Shown here piece by piece: positions 39,171-49,604 of a stretch of 64,000 bases of DNA (the stretch's first letter is position 1; each line of letters begins with the position of its first letter). The stretch comes from Nitrospirae bacterium MYbin3 (lineage in GTDB: Bacteria > Nitrospirota > Thermodesulfovibrionia > Thermodesulfovibrionales > Dissulfurispiraceae). Location: NCBI GenBank assembly GCA_002753335.1, contig PEAD01000016.1:1-64000 (forward strand), read 5' to 3'. The notes under the pieces are model-generated. The model was given only the letters and a program-made list of their open reading frames with translations. It was not told where the DNA came from and made no database searches. The translations under genes and the position numbers were made by a program.

Positions 39171-39856
39171 ACGGCCTTAGCCTCGTCGCTTATTATTACG
39201 CCGTCAAGAAATCTTATTATCCTCTTGCTGTAGGCCGCTATATCAGGCTCATGCGTCACAAGGACTACGGTTATGCTCGATTCTGCATTGAGCTTCACGA
39301 AAAGCTCCATAACTTCGGCGCTGGTTCTGGTGTCGAGATTGCCGGTCGGCTCGTCCGCAAATATTATAGGCGCCTCGTTCACAATAGCCCTTGCTATCGC
39401 CACTCTCTGCTGCTGTCCGCCGGACAGCTGGTTGGTATAATGATTTTCCCTGCCTGACAGACCAACGATTTTCAATGCCTCCATCGCCCGAAGCCTGCGC
39501 TCCTTTGCAGGCATGCCGTTGTAAAGCATCGGCAGTTCCACATTCTCGATGGCCGAAGTCCTCGAAAGCAGGTTGAAGCCCTGAAACACAAAGCCTATCT
39601 TCCTGTTTCTTATATCTGCAAGTTCATCCCTGTTAAGCGTCGAGACATCCACGCCATCCAGAAGATAGCTTCCTTCGGTTGGCTTGTCAAGGCATCCGAG
39701 AATATTCATGAAGGTTGACTTGCCCGAACCTGACTGTCCCATGATCGCCATAAACTCGCCGAGTTCGATATTAGCAGACACGCTGCGCAGGGCATTCACC
39801 TCCACATCACCCAACTGATATGTTTTGGTTATGCCCTTAGCTTCTATCAGCGCCAT
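39167..39856 (-). CDS. MacB/LolD-type ABC ATPase
   Basis: GQSGSGKST, LSGGQQQRV, ADEPTGNLD. Confidence 0.95.
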   Translation of the reverse strand: MALIEAKGITKTYQLGDVEVNALRSVSANIELGEFMAIMGQSGSGKSTFMNILGCLDKPTEGSYLLDGVDVSTLNRDELADIRNRKIGFVFQGFNLLSRTSAIENVELPMLYNGMPAKERRLRAMEALKIVGLSGRENHYTNQLSGGQQQRVAIARAIVNEAPIIFADEPTGNLDTRTSAEVMELFVKLNAESSITVVLVTHEPDIAAYSKRIIRFLDGVIISDEAKAV

Positions 39857-39859
39857 CTT

Positions 39860-41047
39860 TTAGAACATCCTCGGCGGTCCGGCTGGAGCAGACTTGTTTG
39901 TATTTTTAGAAAGTGATTCAAGAATAATCTCCTGCCCTTCCTTCAGGTCACCTGATACGACCTCGGTAAAATTGCCGTCGCTTATGCCTGTCACTATCTT
40001 GAGCATTTTGGGAGCATTGTTTTCGAGCACCCAAAGGCTTCTGCCTTTATCCGGCTGGCCTTTTTCTTTACGCGCATCTTTTTGAGGCCCTGCCTTTTTA
40101 TCCTGCATCTTAAAACGCAGCGCTGCATTAGGTATCTTCATAACATCTTTGGCGGTAGTTATTATAATCGCCACATTAGCGGTCATTCCGGGCTTCAGCT
40201 TCAGCTCCGAATTATCGACCCTTATCACAACATCATATGTAACAACATTCTGTACGGTTATAGGCGCGTTCCGTATCTCAGAAACCTTTCCCTTAAAAAC
40301 AATGTCAGGATACGCGTCAACCGTAAATTCCACATTCTGCCCTACCAAAATCTTTCCAATGTCAGCCTCGGCCACGTTGCTGTCTATCTGCATCTTGGTA
40401 AGATCCTGCGCTATATTGAAAAGCGTGGGCGTCTGAAAACTCGCAGCCACCGTCTGTCCAACATCAACATTGCGCGAAACCACAATGCCGTCAACAGGAG
40501 AGAGTATCCTCGTGTATTCAAGGTTGGTGTTCGAATACCTGAGCGCAGCCTTGGTCTGAGCCACCTGAGCTTTAGCAGCGCTCAACTGCGCCTTCGCAAT
40601 CTCGTAGTTGGACTCGCTCGTATCGAGATCGCTCTTGGCGATATAGTTTTTCGCAAACAGCTCTTTATTTCTGGATGCAGCCCTTTGCGCATCCGCAAGC
40701 GATGCCTCGGCCTTCTCGACATTGGCCTCGGCTGCAAGAAGGTTTGCGCGTGCCTGATCAGCCTGCGCCTCTAAAGTTGTTGGATCTATCTGGGCTATGA
40801 CCTGCCCTTTTTTAACCCGCGAATTAAAATCAACAAAAAGCTGCTTTATGGTGCCTGACACCTGCGTGCCGACCAAAACGGTCGTCACCGCATTTACGGT
40901 TCCGGAGGAGGTGACCGAAGCAATGATATCGCCTTTTACAGCCTTTTCTGTTCTATACTTGGCATCGCCGTCTTTGCCTTTAAAGAAAAAAACCGCAGCA
41001 GCCGCTATAACAAACGCAATGGTAATGCCGGCTATTAACTTTTTCAT
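39860..41047 (-). CDS. MacA-type periplasmic adaptor
   Basis: VGTQVSG, SPVDGIV, GQTVAASFQTPTLF, LKPGMTA. Confidence 0.93.
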   Translation of the reverse strand: MKKLIAGITIAFVIAAAAVFFFKGKDGDAKYRTEKAVKGDIIASVTSSGTVNAVTTVLVGTQVSGTIKQLFVDFNSRVKKGQVIAQIDPTTLEAQADQARANLLAAEANVEKAEASLADAQRAASRNKELFAKNYIAKSDLDTSESNYEIAKAQLSAAKAQVAQTKAALRYSNTNLEYTRILSPVDGIVVSRNVDVGQTVAASFQTPTLFNIAQDLTKMQIDSNVAEADIGKILVGQNVEFTVDAYPDIVFKGKVSEIRNAPITVQNVVTYDVVIRVDNSELKLKPGMTANVAIIITTAKDVMKIPNAALRFKMQDKKAGPQKDARKEKGQPDKGRSLWVLENNAPKMLKIVTGISDGNFTEVVSGDLKEGQEIILESLSKNTNKSAPAGPPRMF

Positions 41048-41646
41048 TTTTTAACTGTACCCCCTGCAAAAATATTTACATACTCCTTTACAACCAACTC
41101 AAGATCGGCCTTCCGGTACTTCTTGCCCAAAAGTATTTCCTGTGCGCTGAAAAATGAGTAGAACATCCCCATAAAGGCCCGGGCAGCATATTCCGTATTA
41201 AACTCTTTAAGTGCCCCTGCATCCTGCAGACTTTTGAAATATAAGGCGAGTGTTTTTATTATTCCATCCAAAAATGAATTGTATATCTTGTGAATTTTTT
41301 CTGGATAACGGGACATCTCTGACTGCATGATCCTTATCATCTCTATCCTCGACTTCAGGGTTTCGAGAAATCTCATAGCTATGAGCGCCAAAGCTTCTTC
41401 ATAAGGCAGTTTTTCTATCTCGGGTATCAGGCTCTTTATTTTCGGCAAAAAAGAATAGGTGTTAAGCACTTCTTCAAAAAGCTGCTCTTTGGATGAGAAC
41501 TGCCTGAACAGCGTTACTTCGGCTATTCCGGCCAACTTCGCTATCTCTTTTGTGGTGGCGCCCAGATAGCCTTTTGCAGAAAAAAGCTGCAATGCCGCTG
41601 CCAGTACCTTTTCCCGTGTCGTAAATGTTTTGTCTTCAGACCCCAT
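41044..41646 (-). CDS. TetR/AcrR-family repressor
   Basis: N-terminal HTH (LFSAKGYLGATTKEIAKLAGIAEVTLFRQFSSKEQL); first gene of the efflux operon. Confidence 0.93.
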   Translation of the reverse strand: MGSEDKTFTTREKVLAAALQLFSAKGYLGATTKEIAKLAGIAEVTLFRQFSSKEQLFEEVLNTYSFLPKIKSLIPEIEKLPYEEALALIAMRFLETLKSRIEMIRIMQSEMSRYPEKIHKIYNSFLDGIIKTLALYFKSLQDAGALKEFNTEYAARAFMGMFYSFFSAQEILLGKKYRKADLELVVKEYVNIFAGGTVKK

Positions 41647-41657
41647 TTATCCTCGCA

Positions 41658-41687
41658 TTAAAATGTAAGTAAGCGCTTACATTTTAA
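41658..41687. promoter_or_regulatory. Putative TetR operator (12-bp perfect inverted repeat)
   Basis: TTAAAATGTAAG-TAAGCG-CTTACATTTTAA just upstream of tetR. Confidence 0.8.
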
Positions 41688-41762
41688 AACAAAGCGCCAT
41701 GTTAGTGTCAAACTATGCGTTTGAATTTATTTGCAGAATTTGCGTAGTATAATTTTTGAGAA

Positions 41763-44700
41763 ATGAAAACCCGAATGGCTCAAAACGATAAAATAAGACT
41801 CGGCCTTATGCCGCCCCTCTCCGGAATAGTTCAGCTTTATGGGCAGGAGATATCCAATGCAGGACTGATAGCGTGCAGTGAGGTCAATGAAGAGGGCGGT
41901 GTTCTGGGCCGCGAACTCGAACTTATAATAGTTGACGACGGCAGCCTCCCGGAAACCGCAGTGCCGGCTGCTGAGCGGCTAGTTCGCGACTTTGGCTGTT
42001 CGGCCATAATAGGAAATCTTCTTTCAAATTCCAGAATATCTGTTTCGAATTTTGTTTCGGAGCCGCTCAAAATCCCATACCTGAACTTCTCTTTTTACGA
42101 AGGCAGCATATTCGGAAAATATTTCTTCCATTTTGCTGCGCTTCCAAACCAGCAGATAGATCTTATGATTCCTTATATGCAAAAAAATTTCGGGCCTAAA
42201 ATGTTCTTTGCCGGAAATAATTATGAATGGCCGCGCGGTTCTATTGAAGCTGCAAAAAAGACCCTTCTCGACAACTATGGGGAAATAGTGGGTGAAGAAT
42301 ATCTGCCGATAGGGACGCCAATCAAAGACATAACCAGTCTTATCGAGAAAATTGCTGCTTCAGGTGCTGATGTATTGGTCCCTTATTTTGCAGGAACAGA
42401 TCAGATAAATCTCCTGAACGCATTTGCCGAAAAGGGCTTAAAAAAGAGAATGGCTGTTGTTATGGGCCATTATGATGAAGCTATGGTAAGCCTTCTTGCG
42501 CCTGAGGTGCGGGAGAGTCTCTATTCCTCCAACACCTATTTTATGTCCATAAACACAAATAAGAACCGTGAATACCTTGACCGTCTTTCCAGACTTGAAG
42601 GGATTAACGGCATCTGGCCTTCTGGCAACGGTGTAATGACCAATTTTGGAGAAGGCACTTACCTCTGCGTAAAAGCCTTTGCCAAGGCTGCAAATCTGTC
42701 AGGCTCACTTGATTCTAATAAGATTGCAGACGCCCTTGAAACCATCGAAGTTGAAAGCCCTCAGGGCATTGTTAAGATGAACCCATCCACTCATCATGCA
42801 GCGGTCAACACTTACCTGGCGCGCTGTGAGGCGGACGGTGTTTTTTCGATTATCGAATCCTTCGGACAGATTCAGCCTGTTATTCCCGAACGATATAGAG
42901 AGGCCTCAAAAATCCTTACGCCTGTCACTTCGGATACTGCCACTCGTTTTCTTGAAAAGAGGGCGATAAGCGCCATGAATGCCTGTGGAGTCACCTCTCA
43001 GATACTGCAGACGCTGGATGTTGTAATAATCACGACAGATATAAACGGCATAATTCTTGAAGCTAACAGCGAGGCCTATCGTCAATTCGGATATGCTCCT
43101 GATGAATTAAGCGGCAAGTCGGTGCATTTTCTGGTTCCGCCAAACCTGCGCATGCGTCATACGCAGCTCTTCAAGGAATTTGTTGAAGGCGATGCCATGG
43201 AAATATCATTGGGAAAGCGCGGTGAGATACAGGGCTACAGAAAAGACGGAACTTTCTTTCCGGCAGAAGCAAGCGTATCAAGGTTTTTTCATGAAGACCA
43301 ATGGATATTGGTTGCTGCACTTCGCGATATAAGCGAGCGGAAAAAAACTGAAGAAACCCTTGTCTGGAGAGCTACGCACGACCCCCTTACAAAGCTTCCC
43401 AACCGTACGCTGATAAAGGAACGACTAACCAGCGCCCTCACCCGCACTACATATAACAAAAAAAATGTGGGACTGATCTTCATTGACCTCGACAGCTTTA
43501 AACTGGTCAATGATACTTACGGACATGATGCCGGAGATAAGCTTCTTATTTCTGTGACCGAAATTCTCACAAACGCTGTCAGGCCGGGAGATACTGTGGC
43601 GAGAATCAGCGGGGATGAATTCGTGGTGCTCTGCGAGCAGATAGATTCTGAAGAAAAGCTTATAGTGATTGCAGAGCGCATAAATGAATCTATGCGCATA
43701 CCTATTATCGTAAATGAACACAAAGTTTATATCAGCGCAAGCATTGGAATGGCGATAGGCCACGGCACAACACATTCGGCCGAAGCGCTGCTTAGAGACG
43801 CCGATGCAGCCATGTATATGATAAAAGAGCATGGCAGGGACGGTTGGCATCTCTTTTCGGAGAAAACCCGCGATAACCTGAACCGAAAACTGACTGTTAT
43901 AAACGGATTGCGGACAGCAATAGAACTAAACGAGTTTAGGCTGGTCTATCAGCCTATAGTTGCTGCCAACAGCAAGACAATAAAAGGCACAGAGGCCTTG
44001 CTGCGCTGGGACAGCGCGAGCGGTCCGGTTTCCCCTGCCTATTTCATTCCTATCGCCGAATCCAACGGTGCAATCATCCCGATAGGCCTCTGGATCTTCC
44101 GTGAAGTCTGCAAAACCGTTGCCCTCATCCAAAAGGAATGTGGTACTGATATTCCATACACATCATTCAATGTATCAACACGACAGCTTAATGAAGAAAC
44201 GCTGGTGACCGAATTTGCGAATATACTTAAAGAAACCGGCGCAAAACCTGAAAACCTGATCATCGAAATTACCGAAACCTCTCTTATGGCGGATATACAC
44301 AACAACATAAAAGTCCTTAACAGGCTCGCTGAACTCGGAATGCGGGTTGCGGTTGACGATTTCGGCACCGGTTACTCGTCATTATTGCAGCTTATCAGAA
44401 TGCCTGTAAGCTTCATAAAGATTGACCGTGAATTTATCACCGAACTGGATAAAAAACATGAAAGCAGGGCTATAACCTCCTCGGTAATCAGAATGGCAAA
44501 AGTAATGGGCAAAAAAACCATAGCCGAGGGAGTTGAAACCGAGGCTGAATTATTTGAGCTTCAGACGCAGGGCTGTGACAATATACAGGGATATTATTTC
44601 TATAAACCAATGCCTCTGGATAATTACATCAGCCTTCTTAAAAATAATAGTGTTCAGGACATAAATACAGCACAGGGAGTTTATACCGTCATTTATGTAA

Positions 44701-45092
44701 GCAGGGCTGCCGAATCTGTTGATGAAGGTGAAATTTTTAAAATCCTTAACACCGCGCAAAAATTCAATGCCGAACAGGGAATTACAGGTTTTCTCCTTTT
44801 CAACAACGGCTATTTCATGCAGCTGCTGGAAGGACGCAAAGAGTCTGTTGATGCCCTTTTGGAAAAGATAGCAAAAGATGAACGCCATAAGGATTTTAAA
44901 ATAATTCTACGCACAACAAATCAACAGCGGCTTTTTCAGGATTGGTCCATGGGATACTGGAACATGAAAAACACAGGTGCTGACATAGATTTTTCAAAAT
45001 GGCAGGAGCGAACCTTCCATCTTACAGATATATCAAAAGATGCAAAACTTTGCTACGCATTCTTCGAGGCGCTTTCTTCAAAAAATTTATAG
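41763..45092 (+). CDS. AmiC/UrtA-like binding fold-PAS-GGDEF-EAL-BLUF c-di-GMP enzyme
   Basis: Type-I PBP N-terminus with no signal peptide, PAS, SGDEF, EALLRW/DDFGTGYSS, C-terminal BLUF (IYVS, N..GITGFL, FMQLLEG, D.RH, WSM). Confidence 0.9.
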   Translation: MKTRMAQNDKIRLGLMPPLSGIVQLYGQEISNAGLIACSEVNEEGGVLGRELELIIVDDGSLPETAVPAAERLVRDFGCSAIIGNLLSNSRISVSNFVSEPLKIPYLNFSFYEGSIFGKYFFHFAALPNQQIDLMIPYMQKNFGPKMFFAGNNYEWPRGSIEAAKKTLLDNYGEIVGEEYLPIGTPIKDITSLIEKIAASGADVLVPYFAGTDQINLLNAFAEKGLKKRMAVVMGHYDEAMVSLLAPEVRESLYSSNTYFMSINTNKNREYLDRLSRLEGINGIWPSGNGVMTNFGEGTYLCVKAFAKAANLSGSLDSNKIADALETIEVESPQGIVKMNPSTHHAAVNTYLARCEADGVFSIIESFGQIQPVIPERYREASKILTPVTSDTATRFLEKRAISAMNACGVTSQILQTLDVVIITTDINGIILEANSEAYRQFGYAPDELSGKSVHFLVPPNLRMRHTQLFKEFVEGDAMEISLGKRGEIQGYRKDGTFFPAEASVSRFFHEDQWILVAALRDISERKKTEETLVWRATHDPLTKLPNRTLIKERLTSALTRTTYNKKNVGLIFIDLDSFKLVNDTYGHDAGDKLLISVTEILTNAVRPGDTVARISGDEFVVLCEQIDSEEKLIVIAERINESMRIPIIVNEHKVYISASIGMAIGHGTTHSAEALLRDADAAMYMIKEHGRDGWHLFSEKTRDNLNRKLTVINGLRTAIELNEFRLVYQPIVAANSKTIKGTEALLRWDSASGPVSPAYFIPIAESNGAIIPIGLWIFREVCKTVALIQKECGTDIPYTSFNVSTRQLNEETLVTEFANILKETGAKPENLIIEITETSLMADIHNNIKVLNRLAELGMRVAVDDFGTGYSSLLQLIRMPVSFIKIDREFITELDKKHESRAITSSVIRMAKVMGKKTIAEGVETEAELFELQTQGCDNIQGYYFYKPMPLDNYISLLKNNSVQDINTAQGVYTVIYVSRAAESVDEGEIFKILNTAQKFNAEQGITGFLLFNNGYFMQLLEGRKESVDALLEKIAKDERHKDFKIILRTTNQQRLFQDWSMGYWNMKNTGADIDFSKWQERTFHLTDISKDAKLCYAFFEALSSKNL

Positions 45093-45097
45093 AGAAC

Positions 45098-47533
45098 TTA
45101 AACCGCAATTATTTCGTTAAGAGTGATTTGAAGTCTGTCAATATCGTAAGGCTTTTTCAATACAGCCACAAATCCCTGTTTTTTATATTCGGCCAAAGAA
45201 GCGTCCTCAGAATAACCGCTCGAAACTATCACCTTGACTTCAGGATCAAGCTCTTTCAGTTTATTTAAGGTTTCAGCACCGCCCATACCGCCGCGTATTG
45301 TGAGGTCAAGAATAACAATATCAAACGGTCTGTCCGAATCCTTTGCCCTCTTATATTTTTTAAGAGCAGCTTCTCCGTGCTCCGCAACCTCGACTTCATG
45401 TCCAAGCGAGGATATCAACTCTCTGACAACGGTTCTTACAACATCCTCGTCGTCCATTACAAGCACCTTGCATGTTCTAGTTGCCGTTAAAACAGCAGCC
45501 TTTGTTTCATCTTCTGCAAAGTCAGTTATTGCCGGAATATAAATAGTAAAGAGAGTGCCTTTGCCAGCTTGAGACGACACATCAATGAGCCCTCCATGGT
45601 TTTTGATTATCGAGTATGAGGTGGCAAGACCGAGTCCGCTCCCCTTTTCTTTGGTCGTAAAATAAGGATCAAATATTCTTGATAAATATTCCGCAGGGAT
45701 TCCTATACCCACATCCCGAATAGATATCGCAACATACCTTCCCTGTTCTAAAATGGCCGGAATAGCATTATTATCAGCCTCCAGATTTCGGGCCGCAACC
45801 TCTATCGTACCGCCAATAGGCATAGCCTGCACAGCATTCAATACAATGTTCTGCAGCACCTGACTGATCTGCCCCTCGTCAGCATCAGCAGACCATAGTG
45901 TTTCTGTGATGTCCAGACTGCAGGAACAATTTGATCCGCTCAAGGCAAATTTTACAGAGTTTTCTATCACTGAACTCAACTTGATAAGTCTCTTTTCGGG
46001 CTTGCCACCCTTTGCAAAGGTCAGCAGCTGTGATGTGAGTTTGACCGAAAGATGCAGCGCCTTCTCGGCCTGTTCGATCATCGATAGGGCATTCGCATGA
46101 TTATTTATATTGATTCTGGCCATAGAAAGATAGCCGAAGATTCCCTGCAATAGATTATTGAAATCATGCGCGATGCCGCCGGCAAGGGTGCCGACAGCCT
46201 CCAGTTTCTGTATATTACTAAGCTGTTCTTCGAGCCTTCTGTGTTCTGTTATGTCTATGCCTAAAGAAGTGACTCCTATTATTTCACCCTTTGCACCAAA
46301 CATATGCGAATTAGTCCATGCAATAAGCCGTTTCTCTCCTGCTTTGGTCAGAATATCATTTTCGTATTTTTTAACAATACCTTTTAAAATAATGTTCTCG
46401 GCATGGATATCTCTGATATGTTCACGAATGGCATCAGGTATAAATATATCCATCCAGTTTTTTCCGATAATCTCTTTTATATCCCAACCCGTCAGTTCTG
46501 CAAAAAAGTTATTTGCAAATGTAATTAGGCCTTCATTATTTAACTGCACCGCAATAAGATTCGCATTTTCGAGGGTTTGCCTGAACTGCCGCTCGGACTC
46601 TTTCAATGCTTCTTCAACCATTTTGCGCTCTGTAATATCAGTAAACACAACAGCAAACCTGTGCTTTAAAGGGCTAAAAGCCCAAACATCATAGTACCTT
46701 CCCAGTTCTTTTGAGTAATTCTGGTAGGCTGTAGGCTCGCCGGTTTGCGCTACCTTTCCATAAATATCAATCCAGTATTGTTCTGTGCTAGGCATTACCT
46801 CTTTTATGGTTCTGCCAATCAAAGCTGATGCCGAAGCTCCGGTGAGCTTTTCAAAGGCAGGATTAATCTCAAGAAAACGATAATCTACAGGGCGTCCCTG
46901 CCCATCGTATATCATTTCGTGCAGAGCAAAACCTGCGGTCATATTTTCGAACAACAGACGGTATTTTGTCTCGCTTCTATGCAGCACTTCATCCGACCGC
47001 TTGCGTTCGGTTATATCGTGTATAACTCCAAAAATCTGTTTAGGAGAGCCATCCTCCTGCCTTTTATATATATGCTCGTTGCTTTCAAGCCATAACCAAT
47101 CACCGTTCTTATGCTTCATCCTGTATTCATGAGAAATCATCTCACCGTCTTTTGCCTTGCTGTATTTTTCGAGAATTGCCGAAACATACAGATTAAAGTC
47201 ATCAGGATTCATCAGTGTCTGGATTAGATGGTCGCCCATCCCTTTAATTTCATCCACCGAATATCCGAGGACCTTCTGTATGCCTTGGTTGCTGTATATA
47301 TTTTTTTGGTCTACCAGATCATAAATATATATGACATCGGGGCTCATATTCATAAGTGATTCGATGAACTTGTTTCTTTCGGCAAGCGTGCCTGCTGACT
47401 CTCGCAGTTCATGCTCCATGCTTCTGCGACTGCGGATGTTGAATAGAAGAAAGGCTATAAGTATGGATTCACTTATAAGAAATAAGATTAAACCCCAGTG
47501 CTCTCCCCAGAAACCGGGCTCAAAATTTAACAT
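45098..47533 (-). CDS. TM-3xPAS hybrid histidine kinase with REC
   Basis: Single N-terminal TM, three PAS/PAC units, AHDFNN, GSGLGL, REC. Confidence 0.92.
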   Translation of the reverse strand: MLNFEPGFWGEHWGLILFLISESILIAFLLFNIRSRRSMEHELRESAGTLAERNKFIESLMNMSPDVIYIYDLVDQKNIYSNQGIQKVLGYSVDEIKGMGDHLIQTLMNPDDFNLYVSAILEKYSKAKDGEMISHEYRMKHKNGDWLWLESNEHIYKRQEDGSPKQIFGVIHDITERKRSDEVLHRSETKYRLLFENMTAGFALHEMIYDGQGRPVDYRFLEINPAFEKLTGASASALIGRTIKEVMPSTEQYWIDIYGKVAQTGEPTAYQNYSKELGRYYDVWAFSPLKHRFAVVFTDITERKMVEEALKESERQFRQTLENANLIAVQLNNEGLITFANNFFAELTGWDIKEIIGKNWMDIFIPDAIREHIRDIHAENIILKGIVKKYENDILTKAGEKRLIAWTNSHMFGAKGEIIGVTSLGIDITEHRRLEEQLSNIQKLEAVGTLAGGIAHDFNNLLQGIFGYLSMARININNHANALSMIEQAEKALHLSVKLTSQLLTFAKGGKPEKRLIKLSSVIENSVKFALSGSNCSCSLDITETLWSADADEGQISQVLQNIVLNAVQAMPIGGTIEVAARNLEADNNAIPAILEQGRYVAISIRDVGIGIPAEYLSRIFDPYFTTKEKGSGLGLATSYSIIKNHGGLIDVSSQAGKGTLFTIYIPAITDFAEDETKAAVLTATRTCKVLVMDDEDVVRTVVRELISSLGHEVEVAEHGEAALKKYKRAKDSDRPFDIVILDLTIRGGMGGAETLNKLKELDPEVKVIVSSGYSEDASLAEYKKQGFVAVLKKPYDIDRLQITLNEIIAV

Positions 47534-47557
47534 TTGATATATTACTACAATTTTGCA

Positions 47558-47580
47558 AAAATGGGGACAGTGACCATTTT
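47558..47580. repeat. Short REP-like palindrome
   Basis: AAAATGG-GGACAGTGA-CCATTTT in the intergenic gap; single copy in this window. Confidence 0.35.
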
Positions 47581-47588
47581 ACTACACC

Positions 47589-49523
47589 TCATGCCTTGGA
47601 TGATGAAAGCAGACCGCCTCTCAAAACAAGCTCTTTCTCTCTATCGTTAAGATCGGACACCACAAAAAAGGATGTTCCTTTTGTAGCATTCTCAACCTTA
47701 TATTCCTGCCCTTCTTTTATAGCTCCAAGCAATCCGCTTATCGAAAGCCTGTCGCCCTGCTCAACCTTATCGTAATCTTCGGAAGATTTGAACAGCAGCG
47801 GCAAAATCCCGAAATTAACAAGATTCGCCCTGTGGATCCTTGCGAAGGATTTTACAATTACGGTCTGCAGCCCAAGATACATCGGGGCCAAAGCCGCGTG
47901 CTCCCTTGAAGAGCCCTGCCCGTAATTCTCACCGCCGACAACAATCGCGCCGCCTTTTGCCTTTGCCTCATTCGCGCGGCTGCTGAATGTTTTATCTATA
48001 TTCTCAAATACAAAATCGGATATGGCCGGGATGTTCGACCTGAACGGAAGCACCTTTGATCCGGCAGGCATGATGTCGTCAGTGGTAATGTTATTTCCGA
48101 CCTTAAGCAGAACCTCGGCATCAATTCTATCTTGGAGAGCAGCTTTCACCGGAACTTCTTTTATATTCGGGCCTTTTAAGATTTTTATCTCGGTTGTGTT
48201 GCTCTTGGGCGATACAAGCAAATTGTCATTTATCATAAATGTTTTAGGCTCTTTCACCTTGGCGATTTCTAAACCGCACTCTCTCGGATCAACCATCTCG
48301 CCCTTGAGAGCAAAGACAGCGCAGGAGATAGGGCTGGCAAGATATACCGAAGCATCCTTTGTGCCTGACCTGCCATGAAAGTTTCTGTTGTACGAACGCA
48401 CCGAAACATGGCCGGTTCCGGGCGCACCGCCCATGCCGATGCAGGCGCCGCAAGAAATTTCCATAATCCTCGCGCCTGAAGAGATCATTTCTGCGATAAC
48501 GCCTTCACGCGACAGCATCTCATAGACCTGCTTTGAGCCGGGATTGATAAGCAGATTCAGATTCTCGGCTATTGTGCGGCCTTTGAGTATTGACGCCACC
48601 GTCTTCATCGCATGATACGAAGAGTTGGTGCAGCTGCCTATGCAGACCTGATTCACCTTTTTGCCTGCAAGCTCGCGAACAGAAACCACATTGTCAGGAC
48701 TGTGCGGCTGGGCTATCATCGGCTCGATGCTGCCAAGGTCAAGAATTATAGTTTCGGAATATTCAGCGCCTTTGTCAGCCTTAAGCTCTATCCAATCTTT
48801 TTCCCTGCCCTCTGCCTTAAGAAATTTAAGAGTATTAGCATCACTCGGGAATATTGATGTTGTTGCTCCAAGCTCTGCCCCCATATTTGTAATTGTTGCC
48901 CTTTCGGTAACATTGAGGTCTTTGACTCCCGGCCCGCCGTACTCTATAATTTTTCCGACCCCACCTTTTACGGTCAGCATTTTTAAGAGCGTAAGGATCA
49001 CATCCATCGCCGTAACCCATGGCCTGTTGAGCTTTCCTGTCAGCTTTACCTGAACAACCTTGGGCATATTTATTTCAAAAGGCGCTCCGGCCATGACAGA
49101 GGCGGCCTCAAGCCCTCCAACACCAATAGCTATCATGCCCATTCCTCCGCCTGTAGGCGTATGGCTGTCGGTGCCTAGAGCTATCTTGCCGGACGCGGCG
49201 AATCTTTCTAGATGCACCTGATGGCAAATGCCGTTGCCCGGCTTTGAAAAGTAGGCTCCGAATTTAGCGGCAGCTGTCTGAAGAAATGCGTGGTCATCGC
49301 TATTCATAAAATTTGATTGGAGCATATTGTGGTCAACATAAGAAACGGCCAGCGGAACCTTTACCCTGTCTATTCCTATCGCCTCAAATTCGAGCCAGGC
49401 CATCGTGCCTGTGGCATCCTGAGTATAGACCTGATCAACATTAAGCGCTATCTGGCTTCCAGCAGCAACATCTCCTGAAACTTTGTGCACATCAAAAATC
49501 TTCTGGACTATGTTTTTAGCCAT
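47589..49523 (-). CDS. Aconitate hydratase (single chain)
   Basis: QDATG, GNGICHQ, DSHT, IGSCTNS, CGACIG, NRNF.GR, GENYGQGSSREHA. Confidence 0.92.
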   Translation of the reverse strand: MAKNIVQKIFDVHKVSGDVAAGSQIALNVDQVYTQDATGTMAWLEFEAIGIDRVKVPLAVSYVDHNMLQSNFMNSDDHAFLQTAAAKFGAYFSKPGNGICHQVHLERFAASGKIALGTDSHTPTGGGMGMIAIGVGGLEAASVMAGAPFEINMPKVVQVKLTGKLNRPWVTAMDVILTLLKMLTVKGGVGKIIEYGGPGVKDLNVTERATITNMGAELGATTSIFPSDANTLKFLKAEGREKDWIELKADKGAEYSETIILDLGSIEPMIAQPHSPDNVVSVRELAGKKVNQVCIGSCTNSSYHAMKTVASILKGRTIAENLNLLINPGSKQVYEMLSREGVIAEMISSGARIMEISCGACIGMGGAPGTGHVSVRSYNRNFHGRSGTKDASVYLASPISCAVFALKGEMVDPRECGLEIAKVKEPKTFMINDNLLVSPKSNTTEIKILKGPNIKEVPVKAALQDRIDAEVLLKVGNNITTDDIMPAGSKVLPFRSNIPAISDFVFENIDKTFSSRANEAKAKGGAIVVGGENYGQGSSREHAALAPMYLGLQTVIVKSFARIHRANLVNFGILPLLFKSSEDYDKVEQGDRLSISGLLGAIKEGQEYKVENATKGTSFFVVSDLNDREKELVLRGGLLSSSKA

Positions 49524-49604
49524 GTTTTTTCTCCGAATTTTTTTTTAGAAATTTGAACTATAAATAACCGAGGCTAGCAGAAATTGGCTTTTGATTTTTA
49601 CAAT

